This document shows positions 9,717 to 18,869 of a DNA stretch of 64,000 bases, piece after piece (position 1 is the first letter of the stretch; each line of letters starts with the position of its first letter). Source of the DNA: Actinomycetota bacterium. GTDB taxonomy: Bacteria; Actinomycetota; Actinomycetes; S36-B12. Location: the NCBI GenBank assembly GCA_027729805.1, contig JAQCEO010000001.1, forward strand, positions 10,621 to 74,620. The letters run 5' to 3'. The notes under the pieces are model-generated. The model was given only the letters and a program-made list of their open reading frames with translations, did no database searches and was not told the DNA's origin. Both the position numbers and the translations under genes were made by a program.

Positions 9717-12700
9717 AAGACCACCTGCGCACCCTCAGGCTGCGCTGGGCAATTGCGTTTATGCGCGCAGAACATGCAATGGGAGCCGGTTACCGCGGTG
9801 AACTCCTCCGTCCGCAAAGTCTGCGCGGCGGCGCCAAGCTCAAGATCCACCCAGGTAGGTGAGACTTGTTCCAATGGCTCTTGGAACTGCACTTTGGGTT
9901 CCAACGCACCCTTGCTGGCATTAACACGAAGTTGCACGAGTGCGGCGCCTCCGACCTCATGCCCGCCAGCGCGGAGCAAAGACTGATAGACCCCGAGTTG
10001 GGCGTGCTCTGGCACTTTGCTGTCGGCCGGCGGGGTCTTCATATTCTTCAGGTCAATCGCGACCGACCGGCCTTGGCTATCTATCTCAATGCGATCAAGG
10101 AAGCCGCGCAAGTGCACCCGCTCCAGACCACCGGCCGGTGTCGGCACCTCTACGAATGCCTCTTCGGACTCCTCACTTGCCACCAACCGCCGATCGGCGC
10201 GCAGGTGATAGACCAAGAAACGCGTCAGGGCCTCGCGGGCCTGCGCTCGCTCCGCCGCTGATTGCCACGCGGACTCAAATCTAAGATCCGGCCAAACGCG
10301 ATCAACCAAGGCGTCCATACTGTCAATATCTGCCGACACCTCATCCTTGGCGACATAGTCGGCAACCGCGTGCACCACGCTGCCGAATTTCGTGGCCGCC
10401 GGGCGCAGGGTTTCGGCCCGGGCCTCATGCTCGAAGTACCAGCGCAGAGCGCAGCTATTGATGGACTCAAGGCCACTACCCGACAAGGTGATCGGCACAT
10501 CAGCTGATCGCACCGGGTGCGCACCTTCGGTGACCGCACCGATCGCCCACCACGAATCCGGATTGGCCACCGGCACCAGTGGCTCACCACTTTCGTCCTC
10601 AGCCCCCGCCAAGGAGGCCAACCGGGCAACCGCGGCCTCTCGCAGGGCCGGCGAACTCTCCTCGTCCATGCAGGTTTGACGCAGCCGCGCAACCAAGCCA
10701 TCAAGGGCGGCGGTAAAACGCGGTCGCCCAGATTTAGTCTCGGCAACCACTCCTAAGGCGCCGATAAACCGGCTCGGCTGTGGCCCGGTGTCAGTGCCAG
10801 ATGCAATAGCGGTGACCACGACGCGTTGCCGGGCCCGCGTGCAAGCGACATAGAACAGTCGGCGCTCCTCGGCCAGGAGATCGGCCGGGCGCACGCCATC
10901 TCCGACCCCGGCCCGGGTTAACCGGTCCGGCTCCAGAATCGAACCGCGGGTGCGCAGATCCGGCCACTGGCCCTCCTCGGTGCCAACCACCCAGACGGCC
11001 TCCCACTCCAGCCCCTTGGCCCGGTGTGCGGTCAAGATCCGCACCGCATCACTGCTGAGCGACCGATCGGCCACCGATTCGGCCGGTAGTTGCTGATTGC
11101 TCAGCAAAATCAAGAAGTTGCGCAAGCCCGCGAACCCTTTATACCGAGATTGGGTGCGCTCGGCGGTTTCGAATAACGCGATGACGGCGTCAAGGTCATG
11201 GTGTGCCGCGCGCGAACCCGCAAGTGCAGCATTTTGTAACCGCTCCGGCCAACCATGTGACCGCCCGCCAGCGAGTTGTTCGCGGGCAACCCGACCGGAC
11301 CAAATAGTCCAAAGCACAGCCTCTGGTGCAGCACCCGAGCGAATAAGTTGGTGCGCGGCCCGAAGTAGCGCGGTGCTGCGTTCGACGGCCAATCGGGCGG
11401 GGTCGGTAGCGGGCAAGGTGGCTGGGATCTCTAGATCACCGCGCAAAGTGTCGCGGATAAGTTGATCGGAAAACCCGGGCGGGGTCAGCGGATCGGCTAA
11501 CCGCGCCGCCGCGCGTAAGGCCCGGCCAAACCGCCGCAATTCGGCGGCATCAAGACCACCGAGTGGGCCGGTGAGTAGATCAACTGCCTGCTCCGCGGTG
11601 ATTCGACTCGGGTCGATCGCCATCTCGGCCACCTGCAGCAGCACGGCAACCGCCGGCTCCGCGCGTAAGGGGATTTCATCGGCCGCGATTGTGGTCGGCA
11701 CCCCTGCTTGCATCAGGGCCCGCTGCACGAGGGGGATCTGCCGCGCTGATCGCACTAGCACCGCCAGATCGGCCCAAGGGAGCCCATCGTCTAGGTGTGC
11801 GCGGCGAATTTGCTCTGCGATGTGGGCCGCCCGTGATGACTCACTATCGAAGAGTTGGACTTCAACGGTGTCGGTCGCGGTCTGGCCAGCTACCGGCGAA
11901 CCGCCAAGGCAGCTGGGGTTTCGATGTGCGTGCACCTGCTCCTTGGTGAAGGAGCCAATCGGCCGGGCACCGAGGATTGCGGTCGCGGCCTTGCGAATAT
12001 TTGGCCCAAACCGGCGAGTGCGCTGCAAGATAACAGTGGGCGCCGGCTCCCCGGTGCTGGTGCGAAATTGCTCGGGGAAATTCAAGATCCCATGGATGTC
12101 GGCGCCCCGAAACCCGTAGATCGCCTGGTCGGGATCCCCGACGACAACCAAGCTGGTGCGCGGGCCCACTAGGGCTTTGAGTAACTCGACCTGTAGTTGA
12201 TCGGTATCTTGATACTCGTCGACGTAGATAGCTCGATAAGTACGGTGCATCTGGGCGGCAACATCTGGGGCGCGCGCCGCGATCACCGCGCGGTGCAGGA
12301 GTTCGGTGTAATCACAAACATTCTCCAGCACCATCACGGCGCTCTCTTGTTCGGCGAGGGCGCCCAGGGCCGCCCAAGCTGGCCGGCCAGATCTCGCGCC
12401 GATGCGCTCAAGTTGCCCGGGGTCTAGGCCGAGCTCCCGGGCCCGCGCGAGCACCGACCTGATCTCATTGGCCAAACCCAAAGTGGTGACGGCGCCGGCT
12501 AACTCTTCGGGCCAGTTGATGGTGCCATCTTGTAGGGCGCCTACCAGCAGATCGCGAATACGAACATCTTCTTCGGCCCCGGAAAGTAGCCGCGGTGGAT
12601 CGCGCAGCTCCCCAACCGTTGCGGTTTGTTGCATCAGCCCGTACGCGAAGGAATGAAATGTCGCAACCAGCGGGCTCACCCCGCCCCCGAGCCGCTGCAC

Positions 12701-13033
12701 CACTTTGTCGCGGAGCTCCCCGGCGGCCCGGCGGCCAAAAGTGAGGGCGAGGACGGCACCGGGTTCTAGTGGGTCACTTGGATCGGTAATGCGCGCGGTG
12801 ATCGCCTCGACAATGGTGGTGGTCTTGCCGGTGCCCGGCCCGGCGAGGACCAAGAGCGGGCCGGCGCGATGGTCGACCACCTGCTGCTGCTCCGGGTCCA
12901 AAATTGCCGGGGCAATTGGTGCCGGCTGGGTGGTGTCTAATACCCACGACCGGGACCTAGATTGCCTCATAGGGCCATGCCTACCACCTTCGTCTGACGC
13001 TCCTCTGAGACTATCTACCGGTGACCGTGACAC
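9713..13033 (-). CDS. adnA: AdnA-like helicase-nuclease subunit
   Basis: GPGTGKTTT and VDEYQDTD motifs. C-terminal nuclease domain with terminal cysteines (CMFCAHKRNCP). Start may be the internal M at about 12970. Confidence 0.85.
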   Translation of the reverse strand: MSRSPVDSLRGASDEGGRHGPMRQSRSRSWVLDTTQPAPIAPAILDPEQQQVVDHRAGPLLVLAGPGTGKTTTIVEAITARITDPSDPLEPGAVLALTFGRRAAGELRDKVVQRLGGGVSPLVATFHSFAYGLMQQTATVGELRDPPRLLSGAEEDVRIRDLLVGALQDGTINWPEELAGAVTTLGLANEIRSVLARARELGLDPGQLERIGARSGRPAWAALGALAEQESAVMVLENVCDYTELLHRAVIAARAPDVAAQMHRTYRAIYVDEYQDTDQLQVELLKALVGPRTSLVVVGDPDQAIYGFRGADIHGILNFPEQFRTSTGEPAPTVILQRTRRFGPNIRKAATAILGARPIGSFTKEQVHAHRNPSCLGGSPVAGQTATDTVEVQLFDSESSRAAHIAEQIRRAHLDDGLPWADLAVLVRSARQIPLVQRALMQAGVPTTIAADEIPLRAEPAVAVLLQVAEMAIDPSRITAEQAVDLLTGPLGGLDAAELRRFGRALRAAARLADPLTPPGFSDQLIRDTLRGDLEIPATLPATDPARLAVERSTALLRAAHQLIRSGAAPEAVLWTIWSGRVAREQLAGGRSHGWPERLQNAALAGSRAAHHDLDAVIALFETAERTQSRYKGFAGLRNFLILLSNQQLPAESVADRSLSSDAVRILTAHRAKGLEWEAVWVVGTEEGQWPDLRTRGSILEPDRLTRAGVGDGVRPADLLAEERRLFYVACTRARQRVVVTAIASGTDTGPQPSRFIGALGVVAETKSGRPRFTAALDGLVARLRQTCMDEESSPALREAAVARLASLAGAEDESGEPLVPVANPDSWWAIGAVTEGAHPVRSADVPITLSGSGLESINSCALRWYFEHEARAETLRPAATKFGSVVHAVADYVAKDEVSADIDSMDALVDRVWPDLRFESAWQSAAERAQAREALTRFLVYHLRADRRLVASEESEEAFVEVPTPAGGLERVHLRGFLDRIEIDSQGRSVAIDLKNMKTPPADSKVPEHAQLGVYQSLLRAGGHEVGGAALVQLRVNASKGALEPKVQFQEPLEQVSPTWVDLELGAAAQTLRTEEFTAVTGSHCMFCAHKRNCPAQPEGAQVVL

Positions 13034-15426
13034 CCGATAGCCAGCCTCTGGGCGCCGGCGGGGTCCAGATCAACGATGAGGTCATCGCCCGGCGGGTGCG
13101 CCGACCCTTAGACCTCGCGCGCTTTGTGCTCGCCGTTGCCATCACCGGCGCCATTATTGGGATCGGCTGGTTTGCCACTAGCACGACCGCCGGCCTTGAG
13201 GATGATGTCACCAGCGGGGTCCAGTCACTGCCCTCGGTGGTGATCTTGGCCCTCAATGTCATCGGCGGTATCGGCACCTTGGGTTTGCCACTTGCCGCCG
13301 GTGTTGCATTGGTGGTGCGCCGCCGCGCACGCCAACTTTTTGACGCGGTGATCGCGCTGCTAGCAGCGGTCATCTTGCTGACAATTGCCTCCACGGCGGT
13401 ATCAAATAGTGGGGTACCACGCTTACTGGTCGCACTAGCCGGCTCGACCAGCCCCGATAGCGCATCAACGGCGCCGATCCTTGCCGGCCTGATCGCCTTC
13501 ATCACGGTGGCCCGCCTGCTCGCGGTGCGACCCTGGAATGTATTTAGTTTCCTCGTTATCGGCTCGGTCATCATTGTTACGGTATTGAGCTCGGGTATCG
13601 CCCTCGCCGGAGTCGGCATCAGTATTGCCCTGGGCTGGGCCATCGGCCTGCTGACGCGTTACGCGCTCGGCACCCCAACAACCAGGCCGACCGGTCAGGA
13701 AGTCGCCACCGCCCTCGCGCGCGGTGGCTACCCACTTATTTCACTCGATGCCGAAACCACCACCGCCCGCGGTCGCCGGTATAGCGCGGTCACCCGATCC
13801 GGTGCCCGGTTACGAATCAACGTGCTAAACCGCGACTTAGAAGGTGCCGGCTTGGTCTCGGCATTTTGGACGGCCCTGCGCCTACGTGATGAGCCGGGTA
13901 CGGGTGCTTTCAATATGCGCAGAACCCTGGACAACGCGGCCCTGATCGCATTTGCCGCGACAGCCGCCGGGGTGCCCACCCCGCGCCTACTCCTGGCCAC
14001 CGAGATCGGCCCGGACTCAAGTTTGCTCGCCTACGAGTTCATCGACGGTGAGCTTTTTGCGAATATCTCTGAGTCAAGTGTCGGCGGCGCCCTAAGTGAC
14101 GCCGATCTGCAAGGGGCCTGGCGAGCCGTGCGCACCTTGCACGAACACCAAAGCAGCCACCGTGCGCTGTCGGCCGATCACCTGCTGCGCGCCACCGATG
14201 GCAGTATTTGGATTGTCGGCCACGGTGGTGGCTCGATCGCCGCAAGTGACGTTGCCCAGCGCATTGACCTCGCCGAACTGCTCTGCACCCTCGCACTGCT
14301 CACCAGTGTTGAGCGCGCCGTGGAAGCCGGTCGGCTCATCCTCGGCATCGATGCCCTAACCCGCGCGCTACCCGCCCTGCAGCCGGTCGCCCTGTCGGGC
14401 ATGACGCGCAAGGCGGTGCGCAAGAACCGGCAACTTCTCGTGAGCCTGCGCGACACCTTGCTCGGCCTGCGCGAAGGTGGTGAGATCGAGCAGATCAAAC
14501 TTGAGCGAGTACGCCCTCGTACGCTGCTGATGATCATCGTCGGCTCGATTGCCGGCTATCTCTTGCTTTCGCAATTGGCCCAGGTTGATCTTGTTAATCT
14601 CTTCAGCACCGCGAACTGGGGTTGGGTACTCCTTTCACTGATTTTGAGCCTCGTGACCTTCGTGGCGGCGGTTTGGTCACTCACCGGATTCGTGCCGGAG
14701 CGCATACCCATCCACCGCACCTTCTTAGCCCAACTCGCCGGCGCGTTTGCCACCTTGGTTTCACCGCCAACCCTTGGCTCGGTTGCGATCAATATTCGCT
14801 TCCTGCAAAAGGCCGGACTCCACCCCGCCCTTTCCGCGGCCAGCGTTGGTGTCTCCCAGGTCATGGCCTTTACCTCACATATCCTGCTGCTTTTCGTGTT
14901 CGGTATCGCTGCCGGAACTCAGTCGGATCTAACTTTTAATCCCCCACGGATCGTCGTGATCGCGGTGATCGCGGTCGCCGCCTGCGCCATCGCACTACTT
15001 GCCGTACCAGCCGTGCGAAAACTCATCACCTCCCGGGTTGGGCCCATCCTCAAGGAGGTCGGCCCGCGCCTGGTCACCGTCGCCCAACGCCCCGGCAAAC
15101 TCATCGAAGGTGTCGGCGGCATCTTGCTGCTGAACCTGGCCTTCATCGGCGTGCTCTATGCCGCCGTCAATGCCTTCGGCGGCCAGCTGGGTATTGCACT
15201 AGTAGCCGTGGTTTATCTCGCCGGTGCAACTATCGGTCAGGCCGCGCCAACCCCCGGTGGACTCGGCGCCGTCGAGGCCGCCCTTGCTGCTGGCCTCACC
15301 GCGGCCGGACTCGACGGTGGGATCGCGGTGTCGGCCGTGCTGCTGTTTCGACTCGTGACATTTTGGCTACCAACCGTGCCCGGCTACTTTGCCTTCAACT
15401 GGCTAACCAAAAAAGGTGCCCTCTAG
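13021..15426 (+). CDS. Large polytopic membrane protein with C-terminal flippase-like / lysyl-PG-synthase-TM-like (UPF0104) region
   Basis: 801 aa. N- and C-terminal blocks of TM helices flank a soluble central region. Family assignment is by recollection only. Confidence 0.5.
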   Translation: MTVTPDSQPLGAGGVQINDEVIARRVRRPLDLARFVLAVAITGAIIGIGWFATSTTAGLEDDVTSGVQSLPSVVILALNVIGGIGTLGLPLAAGVALVVRRRARQLFDAVIALLAAVILLTIASTAVSNSGVPRLLVALAGSTSPDSASTAPILAGLIAFITVARLLAVRPWNVFSFLVIGSVIIVTVLSSGIALAGVGISIALGWAIGLLTRYALGTPTTRPTGQEVATALARGGYPLISLDAETTTARGRRYSAVTRSGARLRINVLNRDLEGAGLVSAFWTALRLRDEPGTGAFNMRRTLDNAALIAFAATAAGVPTPRLLLATEIGPDSSLLAYEFIDGELFANISESSVGGALSDADLQGAWRAVRTLHEHQSSHRALSADHLLRATDGSIWIVGHGGGSIAASDVAQRIDLAELLCTLALLTSVERAVEAGRLILGIDALTRALPALQPVALSGMTRKAVRKNRQLLVSLRDTLLGLREGGEIEQIKLERVRPRTLLMIIVGSIAGYLLLSQLAQVDLVNLFSTANWGWVLLSLILSLVTFVAAVWSLTGFVPERIPIHRTFLAQLAGAFATLVSPPTLGSVAINIRFLQKAGLHPALSAASVGVSQVMAFTSHILLLFVFGIAAGTQSDLTFNPPRIVVIAVIAVAACAIALLAVPAVRKLITSRVGPILKEVGPRLVTVAQRPGKLIEGVGGILLLNLAFIGVLYAAVNAFGGQLGIALVAVVYLAGATIGQAAPTPGGLGAVEAALAAGLTAAGLDGGIAVSAVLLFRLVTFWLPTVPGYFAFNWLTKKGAL

Positions 15427-15450
15427 CCCCAACTAGGGCATGATGCAACC

Positions 15451-15663
15451 ATGAGCGAATCCGAAGTCACGATCACTGTCCTGGCCGATGGCCCCCTCGA
15501 AGTCACCGGCCCCTGCACCATCAATGCCGCCGACGGCAGCACCCTGAAAACTGGTGACAAGGCCTACCTCTGCCGCTGCGGCGAGTCGGCCAAGAAGCCG
15601 TTTTGCGATGGCAGCCATAAGCGCACGGGCTTTAGTGATCCAGGGCTCGGCCAGCCGGCCTAA
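15451..15663 (+). CDS. CDGSH iron-sulfur domain protein
   Basis: Signature CRCGESAKKPFCDGSH in a 70-aa protein. Confidence 0.9.
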   Translation: MSESEVTITVLADGPLEVTGPCTINAADGSTLKTGDKAYLCRCGESAKKPFCDGSHKRTGFSDPGLGQPA

Positions 15664-15889
15664 ACAAAACACTGCAGGAATTGCTCATCGGTTTGGGCGA
15701 AGTCAGGCGACATCCAGATACGACCTTTCATGGCACCGGGCGGGCGTGCCGTCATCTGGGGTGGTGATGCGTTAGCCGCTCAATGGGGCGGCCAGCGCGG
15801 GCGATCACTACTTCCTCCCCTGCTTCCACAACTGCTAGGAGCGCGAAGAATGGCGCCTTGGCCTCGCCTAAGTTCACAGTTTTGGTCAC
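15660..15889 (-). pseudogene. Phd/YefM-type (VapB-like) antitoxin, frameshifted, with no partner toxin
   Basis: My own translation from the GTG at 15889 gives VTKTVNLGEAKAPFFALLAVVEAGEEVVIARAGRPIERLTHHHPR*. The +1 frame continues PQMTARPPGAMKGRIWMSPDFAQTDEQFLQCFV*. The length of 230 nt is not a multiple of 3, and one extra C in the C4 run (15758-15761) would restore the frame. Confidence 0.6.
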
Positions 15890-16070
15890 GACTACATGTC
15901 GCCGGACTCACGCGCTCAAGTCAAAGATATTGGACCTTGCCCTTGAATAGCCGCAAAGGGCACCCTTGATCCACCTCATGCATCAGGTGTACGACCGCGA
16001 CAACCGAGCGTGTACGTACATCATCCATGCCAAAACATGACATACGGGAATTTCTTTCTTCTGCCCCTTG

Positions 16071-17360
16071 TCAATAGCCCAACCCGTGCAGTAACCCCAG
16101 CCTCGTGCCGGGAAGTTTACACCGGAGGGAGAGAGACATTTCCCAACCGCGCACCTCTCGATAGATAAAATAGATGAGAAGTTTACACCGGAGGGAGAGA
16201 GACATTTCCCAACGCACCTCGCCCCGCCCTTCGACCTGGCGAAGCAGATCGGTGCGGCCCGCCCGCTGGGTGGGCCGGCCGGCGGAGCAATCGAGGAAGT
16301 CGGTCACCGTCAGCCGCGGCCAGACGGTCTTGAGGATCAGCGAATGGCCGTCGTACTGCTGCTGCGGGGCCGACGAATCGGCTGCGGGCTCGATCGTGAA
16401 GTGCCCGGCCGACTCACCCCCCACGAGCCCGGCGAACAGCGCTGGTCCGTCCACCCGCGGGGCACACATCCAGACGAGCCTGGCGCCGGGGGCCACCAGC
16501 GCCATCACCCGGCCGTCTGCGAGCAAAGCGTGCCGCTCGATCGGCACCGCGCCGGCCCCGGCCAGCCACGCCTCCCGCAGGCCGGCCAGCCGCGCGAGCC
16601 GGCGGGCCACGTCGGTCGGATCGGTTATCCGGTAGGTGGCTGCGGTCTCACCCGTCCCCACCTTGACCGAGACGTCCGGCCCGTGCAGCCTGACAAACGC
16701 ATCCTCGTCGGTCACGTCATCGCCGAAGTAGACGACGGCCGTGGCCCCGACCCGGTGCCGCAGCGCATCGATGGCCTCCCCTTTGGAAGTGTCGACCACC
16801 GTCAACTCGAGCACTTTCTTGCCCGCCTTGACCCGCACGTCGGCCCAGGTCGCCGCGCCGCCGAGCAGTTCCTCGACCGCCGAGTCGGCCACGGGGTCGG
16901 CGACGTTCCGATAGTGGAATGCGACCGAGGCCGGCTTGGGTTCGATCCGAAATCGCGGGTCGCGGGCGGCGATCCGGTGCATCTCGTCGAGCAGCTGCTG
17001 CCGGAGTTCCACCTGCTGCCCAGTGAGCGAGCGGACAAAATCCTGATCGAACTCGCTGCCGTGCGAGCCGACGAGCATCACCTGGCCGTCGAGAGCCGAG
17101 AGGGCGGCGAGGTCGGCGAGCGACCGCCCCGAGATCACGGCCGCGTGGGTTGAGCCGAGCGCGGCGACGGCCCGCAGGGCCACGATCGACTCGCGCACCG
17201 GAACAGCCTCCGCGGGGTCGTTCACGATCGGGGCGAGCGTGCCGTCGTAGTCCGTCGCCACGAGCAGCACCGGCACCTGCGCGATCGCCTCCAGGGCCCG
17301 GTCGAGATCGTCGAGGGTCGGCTGGCAGTCGCCGGCGGGCGGGGCGTTTGTGCCTGTCAC
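16071..17360 (-). CDS. otsB: Trehalose-6-phosphate phosphatase (HAD, OtsB) fused to an N-terminal fragment of a GH15 glycoside hydrolase domain; 3'-truncated at the repeat
   Basis: HAD motif LLVATDYDGTLAP. After about aa 270 comes GH15-like N-domain sequence (IERHALLADGRVMALV...). The native sequence ends at about 16214. The last ~48 codons are read through the two repeats into host DNA. The GTG start overlaps the otsA stop (GTGA). Confidence 0.8.
   Translation of the reverse strand: MTGTNAPPAGDCQPTLDDLDRALEAIAQVPVLLVATDYDGTLAPIVNDPAEAVPVRESIVALRAVAALGSTHAAVISGRSLADLAALSALDGQVMLVGSHGSEFDQDFVRSLTGQQVELRQQLLDEMHRIAARDPRFRIEPKPASVAFHYRNVADPVADSAVEELLGGAATWADVRVKAGKKVLELTVVDTSKGEAIDALRHRVGATAVVYFGDDVTDEDAFVRLHGPDVSVKVGTGETAATYRITDPTDVARRLARLAGLREAWLAGAGAVPIERHALLADGRVMALVAPGARLVWMCAPRVDGPALFAGLVGGESAGHFTIEPAADSSAPQQQYDGHSLILKTVWPRLTVTDFLDCSAGRPTQRAGRTDLLRQVEGRGEVRWEMSLSLRCKLLIYFIYREVRGWEMSLSLRCKLPGTRLGLLHGLGY
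16112..16147 (+). repeat. 36-nt repeat, copy 1 (gaagtttacaccggagggagagagacatttcccaac)
   Basis: Identical to copy 2. A 30-nt unique sequence (16148-16177) separates them. Confidence 0.95.
16178..16213 (+). repeat. 36-nt repeat, copy 2, abutting the left edge of the GC-rich block
   Basis: 36/36 identical to copy 1, period 66 nt. Both copies are followed by gcacctc (after an extra cgc in copy 1). Confidence 0.95.
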
Positions 17361-18814
17361 CGCGCGTCTCCTGCCGCCAGGGCTGCCGAGCTACCGTGGG
17401 CCGGGCCGGCGAGTACCGCGATGAATTCGTCGGCCCAGTCGTAGGCGGTTCGCTTCCGCACCCGCTGTCGTAGACTCCGCATCCGCCGGGCCTGCTCGTC
17501 CCGGGGCATCGCGATCGCCCGTTCGATCGTCACGGCCATCCCGTCGATGTCGTGGGGGTTCACGAGCACCGCCCGCTGGAGTTCGTGGGCCGCGCCGGTG
17601 AACTCCGAAAGCACGAGCACGCCCGTGTCGTCCCGTCGGGCGGCGCAATACTCCTTGGCCACGAGGTTCATCCCGTCGCGGAGCGACGTGACGAGCATGA
17701 GGTCGGCGGCCAGGTAATAGGCCACGAGTTTCTCGATCGGCAGGCTGCGGGGGAGGTAATGCACCGGCACCTGCCCCACCTCGCCGAACTCACCGTTGAT
17801 GTGGCCGACGAGCGTCTCGATCCGCTCCCGTATCTCGATGTATTCGTCGACCTGATCCCGGGAGGGCACGCTCACCTGCACGAGCACGAGATCCCGCACC
17901 GTGTGCCTGCCGGCCGCGAGAATCTCGTGAAAGGCCCGGATTCGATGATCGATGCCCTTGGTGTAGTCGAGCCGGTCGACGCCGAGCATGATCGTGCGAT
18001 TTGGCCCGAGTTCGGCCCGGATCTCACGGGCCCGCTCGATCGTAGCCGGATCGGCCGCGAGCTGGTCGATCTTCCAGTAATCGATCGAGATCGGGAATTC
18101 CCGCACCTCGACCCGCCTGCCATACACGCTGATCGAGTGACTCGCGCCGCGGTGGGGCGTGTAGCGATTGACCAGCCGGATGAAATTCCCGGCGCCCTGC
18201 TTCGTCTGAAAGCCGACGACGTCGGCCCCGAGCAGGCCTTCGAGAATCCGCTGCCGCCAGGGCAGTTGGGAAAAAAGCTCGACCGGAGGAAACGGGATGT
18301 GGAGAAAGAAGCCGATCCGGAGGTCGGGCCGCATCCGCCGCAGCATGCCGGGCACGAGCTGCAGGTGGTAATCCTGCACCAGCACGCTCGCCCCGGGGGC
18401 CGCCTCCCGGGCGGCGACCTCGGCAAACCGTTCATTGACCGTGACGTAGGGCTGCCACCATTGCCGGTGAAACTGCGGCTGCTGACAGGCATCGTGGTAG
18501 AGCGGCCAGAGCGTGCTGTTGGCGAAGCCCTCGTAGTAGTCGCGAACCTCGTCGGCCGAGAGCGAGACCGGCACGTTCCAGAGCCCGTCGTGGCGAAAGG
18601 GGGCGATCTCGCCGGACGCGCGGCCCCCCCCCCAGCCGACCCAGACGCCTTGCCGCTTCTGCAACAACGGCAGCAGGCCAGAGACAAGCCCGCCGGGACT
18701 CGTCTCCCAGCCGCCGTCGGTCCGATGGACCGGCAGTCGATTCGCCACGACAACCAGGTCGCCGCGGCCGCCCCCATCCAAGGCGGGAGGCGCCGGGTTC
18801 TCGTCTCCGCACAT
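17357..18814 (-). CDS. otsA: Trehalose-6-phosphate synthase (GT20, OtsA)
   Basis: VVVANRLP, LWPLYH, DYHL, LGVDRLDYTKG and RDGMNLVAKEY motifs. I prefer the ATG at 18814 (MCGDEN...) over the ORF-track start at 18892, which overlaps the upstream gene. Confidence 0.9.
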   Translation of the reverse strand: MCGDENPAPPALDGGGRGDLVVVANRLPVHRTDGGWETSPGGLVSGLLPLLQKRQGVWVGWGGGRASGEIAPFRHDGLWNVPVSLSADEVRDYYEGFANSTLWPLYHDACQQPQFHRQWWQPYVTVNERFAEVAAREAAPGASVLVQDYHLQLVPGMLRRMRPDLRIGFFLHIPFPPVELFSQLPWRQRILEGLLGADVVGFQTKQGAGNFIRLVNRYTPHRGASHSISVYGRRVEVREFPISIDYWKIDQLAADPATIERAREIRAELGPNRTIMLGVDRLDYTKGIDHRIRAFHEILAAGRHTVRDLVLVQVSVPSRDQVDEYIEIRERIETLVGHINGEFGEVGQVPVHYLPRSLPIEKLVAYYLAADLMLVTSLRDGMNLVAKEYCAARRDDTGVLVLSEFTGAAHELQRAVLVNPHDIDGMAVTIERAIAMPRDEQARRMRSLRQRVRKRTAYDWADEFIAVLAGPAHGSSAALAAGDAR

Positions 18815-18869
18815 GACAGAATTGTAATACCGGCTGTCTGGAAGGGACAACCGCGGGCTCGAGGCCGCC

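Noticed and set aside
13011-13643. Other long antisense ORFs (13011-13643 -, 42898-43497 +, 49776-50471 +, 54180-54782 -, 58910-59758 -, 60042-60692 +, 35509-36009 -)
   Set aside because: Each lies fully opposite a gene with recognisable family motifs and has low-complexity Arg/Pro/Ser/Thr-rich composition. I treated them as non-coding shadows.
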